Positions 21,290 to 33,045 of a DNA stretch of 40,549 nt are shown piece after piece. Below the pieces are notes generated by a model that saw only the letters and a list, made by a program, of their open reading frames with translations, did not search any database and was not told where the DNA came from. Source of the stretch: Chiloscyllium plagiosum (Eukaryota); contig NC_057754.1 in assembly GCF_004010195.1 (NCBI RefSeq), positions 3,804,546 to 3,845,094 on the forward strand, given 5' to 3'. How positions within the stretch are numbered: position 1 is the stretch's first letter; every line of letters begins with the position of its first letter. Made by a program: the position numbers and the translations under genes.

Positions 21290-23825
21290 ATAAACCCCAC
21301 CCCAGCCTCCGACACTCCAGGGAAAACAGCCCCAGCCTATTCAGGCCTCTCTGTATAGCTCAAACCCTTGTAAATTTTTGCTGCACTCTTTCAAGTTTCA
21401 CAACATCTTTTTTATAGCAGGGAGACCAGATATGAATGCGGTATTCCAAAAGTGGTTTAATCAATATCCTGTACAGCCACAACATGACCTCCCAACTCCT
21501 GTACTCAATGCTCTGGTCAATAAAGGTAAGTGTGCCCTGTCTGCCTGTGACTCCACCTGCAAGGAATTATGAATCTGCACTCCAAGGTCTCTTTGCTCAG
21601 CAACACTCCCTAGGACCCTACCATTAAGTGTATAATTCCTGCCCTGATTTACCTTACCAAAATGTAACATCTCACATTTATATAAATTAAACTTCATCTG
21701 CCACTCCTCCATCTTATGATTGTCCTCTGAGATAACCTTCTTCACTGTCCACTACACCACCAATTTCGGTGTCATCTGCAAACTTACTAACCATTCCTCC
21801 TGTATTCACAAAAGCCACGGGGAGTACAGTAAGTGCATTTTACAGGAAAAGTAAAATTCAACAAGGTGGGGCATTAAAGAGAAAAGAGAGGTAAGAATAA
21901 TTGGGAATTTTAATGGGTAATGGGACAGTGGGAATAGTTTTTGTGGGATGTTAAAGGATACGGGGTGCAGGTGCAGAGTGGGATAAGCTGAGTCGAATAT
22001 TAAAGGGTACAATTACTAAGGAGCAGAATGGAATTAGACAGTTGATTATATAAAGGTTTACAGAATGAGGGGGGAATGTGATTAGATTGAGTGAGGTATA
22101 AAGAGGGTGGAGTGTAAGGGGGAGAATGGGTTGAGTTCAGATGGGATAATAAAGGATGTAGGCAGTGAAGGGGATAGTAGTTGAGAACATGTAACAATAC
22201 AGCACAGGAGTGGGTCCTTTGGCCAATGATGTTGTGCTGAACATGATGGCAAATTAAACTAATCCTTTGGACCTAATCCTTGGTCCATACCCCTCCTTGT
22301 CTTTCTTATTCATGTGCTTATCTAAAGTCCCCTAAACACCCCTATTGTATCTGTCTTCACCACCATCCCAGGCAGTGCGTTCCACTCTGTGTAAAAACAA
22401 CTTGCCCCAACAACTTGCCCCTCACATCTCCTTTGAACCTTTCCTCCTCTCACCTTAAGTGCATGCTCCCCATTATTAGCCATTTCAACTCTGGGAAAAC
22501 GATTCTGACCATCAACCCTATATCTGTGCATCTCATAATTTGATAGACTTCTATCAAGCCTCCCCTCAGCCTCCAGAGAAAACAACCTGAGTTTTTCCAG
22601 CCTCTCTTACAGCTCATATCCTCTAATCAAGGCAGCATCCTAGTAAATCTCTTTTGCACCCACTCCAAAACCTCCACATCCTTCCTTTAGTGTGGCGACC
22701 AGAATTGAACACAATATTTTCAGTATGGCCTAGCCAAAGTCATATAACATGACATCCTGAATCTTGTACTCAATTCCCTGACCAATAAAGGCAAGCATGC
22801 CAAACGCCTTCTTTACCATCCTATCTACTTGCATGGCCACTTTCAGGGAGCTATGGAATTGAACCCCAAGATCCCTCTGTCCATTAATGCTGTTTCGAGT
22901 CCTGCCTGAGGCAACATGGTGGCTCAGTGGTTAGCACTGCTGCCTCACAGCACCAGGGTTCCAGGTTCGATTCCAGCCTCGGGTGAGCGTCTGTGTGGAG
23001 TTCTCCCTGTGTCTGTGTGCAGGTTGGGTGAATTGGCCATGCTAAATTGCTCATAGTATTCAGGGATGTAGGTGAGGTGCATTAGTCGGGGATAAATGCA
23101 GAGTAATAGGGTAGGGGAATGGGTCTGGATGGGTTACTCTTCAGAGGGATGGTGTAGACTTGTTTGGCCAAAATGGCCTGTTTCCATACTGTAGGGATTA
23201 ACTGTATACTTTTCCTTAATATTTATTTCAGATAAATGTAAGACGCTGCATTTTGGGAAAGCAAATCTTAGCAGGACTTATATACTTAATAGTAAGGTCC
23301 TAGGGAGTGTTGCTGAACAAAGAGACCTTGGAGTGCAGGTTCATAGCTCCTTGAAAGTGGAGTTGCAGGTAGACGGGATAGTGAAGAAGGNNNNNNNNNN
23401 NNNNNNNNNNNNNNNNNNNNNNNNNNNNNNNNNNNNNNNNNNNNNNNNNNNNNNNNNNNNNNNNNNNNNNNNNNNNNNNNNNNNNNNNNNNNNNNNNNNN
23501 NNNNNNNNNNNNNNNNNNNNNNNNNNNNNNNNNNNNTAGAGGGCATAGGTTTAGGGTGAGAGGGGAAAGATATAAAAGAGACCTAAGGGGCAACTTTTTC
23601 ACATAGAGAGTAGTACATGTATGGAATGAGCTGCCAGAGGAAGTGGTGGAGGCTGGTACAATTACAACATTTAAGAGGCATTTGGATGGGTATATGACTG
23701 GGAAGGGTTTAGAAGGATATGGGCCAGGTGCTGGCAGGTGGGACTAGATTGGGTTGGGATATCTGGTCGGCATGGACAGGTTGGACCGAAGGGTCTGTTT
23801 CTGTGCTGTACATCTCTATGACTCA
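21290..23825. mobile_element. Cluster of CR1/HER1 fragments (about 21290-21800 and 22200-22900 minus; 23225-23825 plus)
   Basis: Encodes WQMKFN..KCEMLHFG and LGSVAEQRDLGVQ (CR1 RT remnants); HER1 tails are present. Confidence 0.8.
22908..23199 (+). mobile_element. HE1-type SINE
   Basis: Head ggtggctcagtggttagcactgctgcctcacagc...ggttcgattcc (A and B boxes) plus the HE1 body. Confidence 0.9.
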
Positions 23826-24486
23826 ATGCAGCATCTCACACTTACCCGGATTAATTTCCATCTGCCATTTCTCCACCCATATCTGCAACTTACCTATATC
23901 CCACTGCATCCTTTGACAACCTCTACACTATCCACAACTCTATTAGTCTTTGTATCATCTGAAAATTTACTAATCCACCCATGTACATGTTCATCCAAGT
24001 TATTTATATATATATATATATATCACAAACAGATGAGGAATGATATTAGAGGATTTGGAATGTGAGGAGGAGAATGGCATTGTCAATAGAGTGTGGCACT
24101 AGGGAAAGCACAGTACGTCAGGCAGCATCTCTGCTCCAGGGCAGAGGAGATGACCAATGGGTTGCAGTTGGAAAGAGACTTGCTGAGATCTTTGCAGAGG
24201 AGGTAGGAAAACTTTTCAAGGTGGGCAGTATGGTTTACAGAAACTAGGAGATAGTGAGGACTGCAGATGCTGGAGAAGTCAGAGTCGATAAAGTGTGGCA
24301 CTGGAAAAAAAGCACAGCAGCATCTCAGTGCCATTGGACTAGGTGAATATTAAAGGGTCAATGGGTGAATAGGGTTACACTGAGATATTAAAGGTGAAAT
24401 CATTTCACAGACATCCCATTACCTTGACACTGATCCAGCTCCCTGAGAGCCAACTCTCAGAGTGAACAGGATGTCTGACACTCCTA

Positions 24487-25380
24487 TTTTTTTTTCTCTC
24501 TTCTTTCTTTTTTGAGACACAGTGAAAGACACAAAGTGCACGAATCTTTATTCAGTTTCCACCACCAGGAAGAAAGGAAAACACCCAAGTGACAAGCAGT
24601 GCCCTTCACATCAAAGGGCAGTGCTGTGTGATCAAACAGTGAAGGGGAGGACAGGGATTAAATCAAAATAGAGTTGGAGGGGGAAATAATGCACTCCACT
24701 CCCTGCGGCGCCCACCTCTCCCTGAACAACTCCAGGGTGTTGGTGGACACCGCGTGCTCCTTCTCCAAGGACACCCGGGCCCTAACGTAACCGCGGAAGG
24801 GGGGCAGGCAGTCGGCCCTAACGACCCCCTCCACGGCCCACTGCCTGGACCCGTTGATGGCCAGTTTGGCCAGGCCCAGGAGCAGACCCACGAGGAGGTC
24901 TTCAGACCTGCCCTCCCTCCTCCGTACCGGGTGCCCGAAGATCAGGAGCGTGGGACTGAAGTGCAACCAAAAGCAGAGGAGGAGGTTTTTCAGAAAATCA
25001 AAAAGGGGGTGCAAACACCCACACCCAATATATACATGGAGTTGGGCTGGGAGTCCGTGAACCACTGCAATCTGCGGTTACAGGGGACCGCTGTGTGCAG
25101 CACCCTCCACCCCAGATCCCCGAGAGAAAGGGGGAGGACACCAGCGTAGAGAGCCCTCCACTGGGGATCCCCACTGCCTGGTGGTAAACGGGCAGGTCAA
25201 GGTGTGTCTGAGCGGTGGATGAGAGAGAAGAGGTAGATGATGTGCAGTAGCAGTCTATATAGGGCCCACTGTGACACTCCGGTTTCTATCTGTCAGCCAG
25301 GACTCCCTGATTTGGGCCAGGTTAACAGCCCCACTCAGGGAACTCAGATTCTATGAGGCCCACCTGGCTGACATCGTAAC
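24487..25380 (-). mobile_element. Tx1-like (L1 clade) retrotransposon 3' end: ORF2 C-terminus, AATAAA and an A-rich tail
   Basis: ORF 24658-25065 (LHPLFDFLKNLL..FWLHFSPTLLIFGHPV...LLLGLAKLAI..SR...FRERWA) resembles the Tx1 ORF2 end. tttatt is at about 24547 and a T-run starts at 24487. Confidence 0.8.
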
Positions 25381-25744
25381 AATCACGACAAAAGAGTGTG
25401 GCAGTGAGGAGGAGAGTGGGATGAGACATTACAGGATATGGGGGAAGTGGGATGGAGAGCAGAATTGGATGGTGTTGGGTATTAAAAAGTGTCAGGGTCT
25501 GAACATGATTACACTGGGCGGGATCTGAGAGGGTGCGGGGAGCGACAGCTAGCGTGGGTTTAGATGGGTGGGGGATTCAAGAATGCAGGGGAAGCTGGGA
25601 TCAGACTTGGTGAAATTTTAAAAGATGTGGAGGATGAGGGTGAAATTATTACAGGATGTGGAAGATCGGATGTGTGGAGTATTAAAGGAGTGAAGGATAA
25701 AGGGGAAGAGTATAATTCAGTTCATGGGAACAAGTGTAGCCTTT

Positions 25745-26335
25745 CACAGAGTCATAGGTGTACAGCACGGAAAAGACCCTTTGGTCCAACCCGTCCATGT
25801 CGACCAGATATCCCAACCCAATCTAGTCCCACCTGCCAGCACCCAGCCCATATCCCTCCAAACCCTTCCCAATCATATACCCATCCAGATGCCTTTTAAA
25901 TGTTGCAATTGTACCAGCCTCCACCACATCCTCTGGCAGCTCATTCCACACACATACCACCTTCTGCGTGAAAAAGAGCATCCAAGGAGCAGGAGAATCG
26001 ATGTTTCGGGCATGAGCCCTTCTTGATTCCTGAAGAAGGGCTCAGGCCCGAAACGTCGATTCTCCTGGTCCTTGGATGCTGCCTGACCTGCTGCGCTTTT
26101 CTAGCAACACATTTTCAGCTCCCCCTCCCCAGGGAAAAGACCTTGTCTATTTATCCTATCTATGCCCCCGAGTTTTTATAAACCTCTATAAGGTCACCCC
26201 TCAGCCTCCAACACTTGCCAGCACTTGGCCCATATCTCTCTAAACCCTTCCTATTCATACACCCATCCAGCTGCCTTTTTAAAGGTTGTCATTGAACCAG
26301 CCTCCACCACTTTCCCCTGGCAGCTCACTCCACAG
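25745..26335 (-). mobile_element. HER1 3' fragments interrupted by a Penelope-like palindrome (about 25977-26120)
   Basis: HER1 tail sequence lies on both sides of an inverted repeat. Confidence 0.8.
26028..26059 (+). ncRNA. Minimal type I hammerhead ribozyme motif
   Basis: tc-CTGAAGA-a-GGGC tcag GCCC-GAAAC-GTC-ga. Confidence 0.72.
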
Positions 26336-26559
26336 AGCTTCTGTTCAGACTAAATACACATGGGAAACAGAAATTGCTGGAAAAGCTCATGCCGCCTCTG
26401 AGCAGGGCTGGTTAGAGAGAGAAAAAAAAGAAATCCCTAAAATTTGACATTTTGTTTTGTTCAATATGGAAAGGTTGACATTTCGAAGCGTTACATGGCC
26501 CGTGTTCAGCAGAGTGCAGTGCAGTCAACAGGGACTCACATGAAACGCGTGCCCTCTTT

Positions 26560-26630
26560 AACGCTGAGAGGGATTTCAGAAGCCGGAAGGGATTTACGAC
26601 TGGGTCAGAGAAGGGAGGCGAAGATGGCAG
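26560..26630 (+). promoter_or_regulatory. Likely TATA-less CCS promoter/5' UTR with an ETS-type CCGGAAG and a YY1-like AAGATGGC overlapping the ATG
   Basis: CCGGAAG at 26583-26589, AAGATGGC at 26621-26628, and locally raised CpG. This is a typical housekeeping-promoter pattern; the function is inferred. Confidence 0.55.
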
Positions 26631-26644
26631 CCACTAGCAGCAAG
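26624..26644 (+). CDS. CCS: Copper chaperone for superoxide dismutase, first coding exon (MAATSSK)
   Basis: aagATGG Kozak context and AAG/GTagcg donor. Phase 0 joins LEFAVQM of the next exon, and an ETS motif lies just upstream. The exon is short, so it is assigned mainly from context. Confidence 0.75.
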
Positions 26645-27629
26645 GTAGCGGGTTGTGCGTGATGAGCAATGTTTGAGCGTGAAATGTATACCCCTGTCCC
26701 ATTTTGTTTTGTGAAACTGAATGCTCTGTTGCATTGCATGGTGCCTGTGATCACTGAAGTTGCTGCCTCACTCCATTCACTTTGGATCGATTTGCAACGC
26801 AGCTTATTCTAGTCCTCTCCCTGCCTTTGATGCATGGGGTTGGAATATTTAAAGCCTCCCCCGGACTGTTGTTTCATTTTCTAATTGCAGTGTTTTGGGG
26901 GAAGGGAGAGGCAGGAAGGAAGGGACTGTTTTCTGGGGGGAGAGGGAAGTGAGCAAGAATGGTTCTGTTTCTTTATATTGGGAGAAGCTTTCTGGCAAGT
27001 TGATGCAGAGTCATTGTTTACTCAGAGACCTTTGCAAGTGAAAACTCCCACAACACCAGGTTATAGTCCAACAGGTTCAGTTGGAAGCACTAGCTTCCTA
27101 AGCGCTGCCCCAAGTGAGTTATCAAAGTGGGAGTGCAAAGGATCTTCCTTGGGATAACTTGCTGTACACAGTGAAGCTATCGCTTCTCCCCTTTTGCCTT
27201 CCTTTGACTGTAAGGCATTTTTAGGACGTCCCCCAGGGATGGGGAGAGGTGCTATATAAATGTACCTGGCACTTTTGAAGGGGAGGTGGTGTGGAGAGAG
27301 AGAAGCTCTATTTCTGCCACCAACTTCCTTGCAACTTTTCCCAGCATTGTCTCAGAGTTAATCATCTTGTAAGGCGGAGAAATGGTCAAAAAGCAATTAA
27401 TAGTTATTTTGTACAAGTGACCATTTGATACACCATCCGGTTGTGATAGAGACTGGCTGGAATGTATTTAGTTCCCTGGCCCCTAAGCACGCCCTCATTA
27501 TTTCTCTATAATCTTGATCCTTTTCCCAGATAAATCTTTAACCCTTACCATACACCAATTCCTGCCCTGTTCACCCACAGTGCTCTCAGATCCACGCTCA
27601 CTTCTAATTCAGGAGCAGTTTATTAAAAA

Positions 27630-28255
27630 ATGTATTCATTTGTGGGATGTGTGTGTCGCTGGCTGGGCCCAGCATTTATTGCCCCCATCCCTAGTTGCCC
27701 CTTGAGAAGGTGGGAGGTAAGCTGCCTTCTTGAACCGCTGCAGTCCACCTGCTGTGGGCTGACCCACAATATCCTTAGAGGGGAATTCCAGGATTTTGAC
27801 CCAGTGACAGTGAAGGAACGGCCGATTATATTTCCAAGTCAGGACGGTGAGTAACTTGGAGGGGAACTTGAAGGTGGTGGTGTTCCTATGTATCTGCTGC
27901 CCCTTGTCCTTCCAAATAGAAGAGTGGGCGTGGGTTTGCAAGGGGCTGCCTGAGGGTCTTTGGTGAATTTCCGCAGTGCATCTTGTAGATGGTACACACT
28001 GCTGCTACTGAGCGCCAGTGGTGGAGGGAGTGGGTGCTTGTGGATAAATATTCCAGCCCCATGTGTCAAGGCAGGGAGAGAGGACTGAAACAGGTTGTAT
28101 TGCAAATCGATCCAAAGTGAATGGAGTGAGGCGGTAACTTTAGTTGGAGTTGCTTTGTCCTGGATGGTGTTGAGCTTCTTGAGTGTTGTTGGAGATGCAC
28201 TCATTCAGGGGCGAGTGGGGGGAATATTCCATCACGCTCCTGACTCGTGCCTTTT
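27630..28255 (-). mobile_element. CR1/L2-group LINE 3' fragment (same family as 13065-13850)
   Basis: Encodes MSASPTTLKKLNTIQDKA and shares the same 3' tail. Confidence 0.8.
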
Positions 28256-28620
28256 GAATTTAAAGACCTCATCCTCATTTTGAAATCCCTCACTGGCCTT
28301 CCCCATCCCCTGCAACTTTCTGAAATCTGTCTTCCTCCAATTCCAACCTCTTGAGCAACCCGACCCCCCCCCCCCCGGTTCCCATCACCCCATCATTGGC
28401 GGTGGCTAGATCATTCAGCGATTGGAGGATCCTGCATTCTGGATTTCCCTCCCTCAGCCTCTCCTCCCTTCCTTTAAGACGCTCTGTCACCATTTTTTCT
28501 TGACCAAATTTTTGATGCGTTGCCCCTAATATATTTAGTTCTGCGTTTGAGGCCTGGTTTTTGCGTGTCCGTGAAGAGTCTAGGGATGTTACAGGCGCTA
28601 CACAAATGCACGTTTTTTTT

Positions 28621-29141
28621 TAGATTAGATTCCCTACAGTGTGGAAACAGGCCCTTTGGCCCAACTAGTCCACACCGACCCTACAAAGAGTAACCCACCC
28701 AGAACCATTTCCCTCTGACTAATGCACCTAACGCTATGGGCAATTTACCATGCCCAATTCACCTGACCCGTACATCATTGGACTGTGGGAGGAAACCGGA
28801 GTACCCAGAGGAAACCCACACAGACACGGGGAGAATGTGCAAACTCCACACAGACAGTCGCCCGAGGCTGGAATCAAACCTGGGACCCTGGTGCTGTGAG
28901 GCAGCAGTGCTATCCGCTGTGAGGCAGCAGTGCTATCCACTGTGCTGCCCCTTCAAATAGAATCACAGAATCCCCACAGTGTGAAAGCAGGCCATTTGGC
29001 CCAACAAGTCCACACTGACCCTCCAAAGAGATTCCCACTCCCCCGCCAATCCCAGTAACCCTGTATTTCCCAGGCTAACCCACCTATCCACCATATCCCT
29101 GGACACTATGGATAATTTAGCACGGCCAATCCAGACTAACC
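28621..29141 (-). mobile_element. Full HE1-type SINE (28621-28952) plus a partial copy ending just before the CCS exon 2 acceptor
   Basis: HE1 body and (ATCTA)n tail, with a local 24-bp duplication gctgtgaggcagcagtgctatcc in the head. Confidence 0.88.
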
Positions 29142-29173
29142 TGCTGTTTTGAATTTTTTTTAACCGTATTTAG

Positions 29174-29246
29174 TTGGAGTTTGCGGTGCAGATGAGCTGC
29201 GAGAGCTGTGCCAACACTGTCAGGAGTGCCTTGACTGGAGTTAATG
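29174..29246 (+). CDS. CCS: CCS exon 2 (LEFAVQMSCESCANTVRSALTGVN), ATX1/HMA-like domain with MxCxxC
   Basis: 73-nt exon, tttAG / GTaagt. LEFAVQM-x-C-x-x-C is the CCS domain I copper-binding motif; the exon is not in the ORF track. Confidence 0.95.
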
Positions 29247-29584
29247 GTAAGTTTCTTCCTGAGACTGCGTGGTTCCAAATCATTCATGACGTAAATCACC
29301 TTCTTCTCCCTCTGCTGTGATTCAGGAGACAGACTGCTGTCTGACCCCTCACTGAGGCGAACCCTCAAGTGTTTGTATGTCGGTGCGCATCAGTGAACAT
29401 AAGGAATAGGCCATTCAGCCCCTCAGGCCGGTTCCGCCATTCACTGAGAGCATCGCAGATCTGTGGCCTAACTGCATATCCCTTTGCTTAACAAAACCGT
29501 ATCTATCTCAGAGTTAAAACTAACCACGGATCTGGCATCAACTGCCGCTTGTGAAAGAGAGTTCCAAACCTCTACCACCCTTTG

Positions 29585-31655
29585 GGGCGGCATGGTGCCT
29601 CAGTGGTTAACACTGCTGCCTCACGGTGCCATGGACCCTCGGGCTACTGTCTGTGTGGAGTTTGCGTATTCTCCCCGTGTCTGCGTGGGTTTTCTCCCAC
29701 AGTTCAAAGATGTGCAGGTTAGGGTGGATTAGCCGTGCTGAATTACCCAGGGATGTGCAGGTTAGTTTGGATTGGTCGTGCTGAATTACCCAGGGGTGTG
29801 CAGGTTAGAGTGGATTGGCCATGCTGAATTACCCAGGGATGTGCAGGTTAGTTTGGATGGGCCGTGCTGAATTACCCAGGGATGTGCAGGTTAGTTTGGA
29901 TTGGCTGCGCTGAATTACCCAGAGGTGTGTAGGTTCGGGTGGATTGGCCGTGCTGAATTACCCAGGGATGTGCAGGTTAGGGTGGATTGGCCGTGCTGAA
30001 TTACCCAGGGGTGTGCAGGTTAGTTTGGATTGGCCGTGCTGAATTACCCAGGGATGTGCAGGTTAGGGTGGATTGGCCGTGCTGAATTACCCAGGGATGT
30101 GCAGGTTAGTTTGGATTGGCTGTGCTGAATTACCCAGGGATGTGCAGGTTAGGGTGGATTGGCAGTGCTGAATTACCCAGGGATGTGCAGATTAGGGTGG
30201 ATTGGCCATGCTGAATTACCCAGGGGTGTGCAAATTAGGGTGGATTGGCCGTGCTGAATTACCCAGGGATGTGCAGGTTAGTTTGGATTGGCTGTGCTGA
30301 ATTACCCGGGGATGTGCAGGTTAGGGTGGATTGGCAGTGCTGAATTACCCAGGGGTGTGCAAATTAGGGTGGATTGGCCGTGCTGAATTGCCCAGGGATG
30401 TGCAGGTTAGTTTGCATTGGCCGTGCTGAATTACCCAGGGGTGTGCAGGTTAGGGTGGATTCGCCGTGCTGAATTACCCAGGGGTGTGCTGGTTAGTTTG
30501 GATTGGCCGTGCTGAATTACCCAGAAATGTGCATGTTAGGGTGAATTGGCCGTGCTGAATTACCCAGGGGTGTGCAGGTTAGGGTGGATTGGCCGTGCTG
30601 TATTACCCAGGGATGTGCAGGGTGGGGTGAATTGGCCATGCTGAATTACCCAGGGGTGTGCAGGTTAGGGTGGATTGGCCGTGCTGAATTACCCAGGGGT
30701 GTGCTGGTTAGTTTGGATGGGCCGTGCTGAATTACCCAGGGATGTGCAGGTTAGTTTGGATTGGCTGTGCTGAATTACCCAGGGGTGTGCAGGTTAGTTT
30801 GGATTGGCCGTGCTGAATTACCCAGGGCTGTGCAGGTTAGGGTGGATTGTCTGTGCTGTATTACCCAGGGATGTGCTGGTTAGTTTGGATTGGCCGTGCT
30901 GAATTACCCAGGGGTGTGCAGGTTAGTTTGGATTGGCTGTGCTGAATTACCCAGGGCTGTGCAGGTTAGGGTGGATTGGCCGTGCTGAATTACCCAGGGG
31001 TGTGCAGGTTAGGGCGGGTTGGCCATGCTGAATTACTCAGGGGTGGATTGGCCGTGCTGAATTACCCAGGGCTGTGCAGGTTAGGGTGGATTGGCCGTGC
31101 TGAATTGCCCAGGGCTGTGCTGGTTAGTTTGGATTGGCCGTGCTGAATTACCCAGGGCTGTGCAGGTTAGGGTGGATTGGCCGTGCTGAATTACCCAGGG
31201 CTGTGCAGGTTAGGGTGGATTGGCCGTGCTGAATTGCCCAGGGCTGTGCGGGTTAGGGTGGATTGGCCGTGCTGTATTACCCAGGGCTGTGCAGGTTAGG
31301 GTGGATTGGCCGTGCTGTATTACCTAGGGGTGTGCAGGTTAGGGTGAATTGGCTGTGCTGAATTACCCAGGGATGTGCAGGTTAGTTTGGATTGGCCGTG
31401 CTGAATTGCCCAGGGCTGTGCAGGTTAGCGTGTATTGGCCGTGCTGAATTACCCAGGGATGTGCAGGTTAGTTTGGATTGGCCGTGCTGAATTGCCCATA
31501 GTGTCGAGGGATGTGCTGGCTGGGTGGGTTAGCCATGAGCAATGCAGGGTTACAGGGATAAGGTAGTGTTTTGGGTGGGATGCTCTTCAGAGAGTCCATG
31601 TGGACTTGATGGGACAAATGACCTGCTTCCACACGAGGAATTCTGTGATTTAATG
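29585..31655 (+). mobile_element. HE1-type SINE expanded internally by a minisatellite
   Basis: SINE head at about 29585-29708 and SINE tail at about 31498-31655, flanking the array. Confidence 0.85.
29709..31497 (+). repeat. Minisatellite with a 43-bp unit, about 42 copies, in CCS intron 2
   Basis: Unit gatgtgcaggttag(ggt/ttt)ggattggccgtgctgaattacccagg; unit starts at 29709 and 29752 give a period of 43. Confidence 0.97.
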
Positions 31656-32119
31656 ATTCTTTGTATGTGTAAGTGCTCCCTAACATGTCTTCTGAATGGT
31701 CTGGTCCCAGTCCTCAAACTGTGTCCCCTCATCACCAACCAGTGGAAATAGTTTATCTCCCCTGTCTTTTCCTGTTCGGAGAATGAATATTTCAATCTGG
31801 TCAACCCTTAATTCCAGAGAAAACAGGCCGAAAACTTTAATCCGTTATCATGATTCAACCCCTGAAGCCCGGGTATCATTCTTGTAAACCTACGCTGTAT
31901 TCCCTCCCAGGGCAATGTGTCCTTCCGAAAGTGCCCAGATCTGTTCGCGGTGAGGTGGCTGGGGGCATTCATCGAGGCTATCAACACCTCTTCATCATTT
32001 TATGCTATCATCTTCAGATGTGTGCGTGGTCCTTTCGGGAAACTGTGTGCCCTTTCTGTAAGTGTCTGTGTGTGTGTCAGTGTGACATTGTGAAGTTCAA
32101 GAGGGGACACAGATAGCTT

Positions 32120-32670
32120 GACCCACAGTCCTTTCAGGTGAGACAGAGGTTTGCCTGCCTCTCTTCCAACCTCATTTATTGCATCAGGTGCTCCCAGTGT
32201 AGTCTCTACATCGGGGAGACCGAGCGTAAACTTAGGGAACGTTTCGCTGAGCATCTCAGCCAGGCCCACAGGGGCCAACCAGTTATCGTCCCGTTTTAAT
32301 TCTCCTTCCCACTCCCTTTCTGACATGACCATCCTTGGCCTCCTCCATTGCCACAATGAACCTCACCATAAATTGGAGGAACAACACCTCGCATTCTGCA
32401 TGAGTTCTCCAATTTCAAATCCCCTCTCTTCCCATCCCCCGACTCCCTTCCCAGGCCCTCCCCAGTCCTTCCGCTGCTCNNNNNNNNNNNNNNNNNNNNN
32501 NNNNNNNNNNNNNNNNNNNNNNNNCCTCCCCACCATGCCCCCACCATCCCCTTTATCTGCAGCTCCCCCCACACCCAACCCCAGTCCTGAAGAAGGGGTA
32601 CACCCGAAACGCCCACTTTTTCACCTCCTGATTCTGCCTGGCTTGCTGTGTTCCTCCAACCTCCTTCCTG
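32120..32670 (+). mobile_element. Penelope-like element 3' part with a GIY-YIG remnant and a decayed hammerhead (32587-32613)
   Basis: The frame from about 32132 reads FQVRQRFACLSSNLIYCIRCSQCSLYIGETERKLRERFAEHL. Downstream is CTGAAGA-aGGGgtacaCCC-GAAAC-GCC. Confidence 0.85.
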
Positions 32671-32754
32671 TCTGGTGGGGAAAGTGTTAGCACTGATCAT
32701 TAATCAGGAAGGGTCCATGTGGTGTTGTCAAATGGGAGCTCGTGTTTAACTAAG

Positions 32755-33045
32755 ACCCGCAATCCCCCGTTCCCCATGGCTAACTCACCTAACCTGCACA
32801 TCCCTGGGCACTATGGGACAATTTAGCACGGCCAATCCACCCTAACCTGCACATCCCTGGGCACTATGGGGCAATTTAGCACGACCAATCCACCCTAACC
32901 TGCACATCTTTGGACAGTGGGAGGAAACCCAGGCTGACACAGGAAGAATGTGCAAACTCCATACAGTCAGTAGCCCGAGGATAGAATCGAACCCGGGTCC
33001 CTGGTGCTGTGAGGGAGCAGTGCTAACCACTGAGCCACCGTGCCA
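32755..33045 (-). mobile_element. HE1-type SINE with an internal ~54-bp duplication
   Basis: cctaacctgcacatc occurs three times in tandem units. Confidence 0.88.

Noticed and set aside
29709..31497. CRISPR-like array or interstitial telomere
   Set aside because: The units are contiguous with no unique spacers, and there are no cas genes. TTAGGG occurs at most once per unit and is inherited from the SINE sequence.
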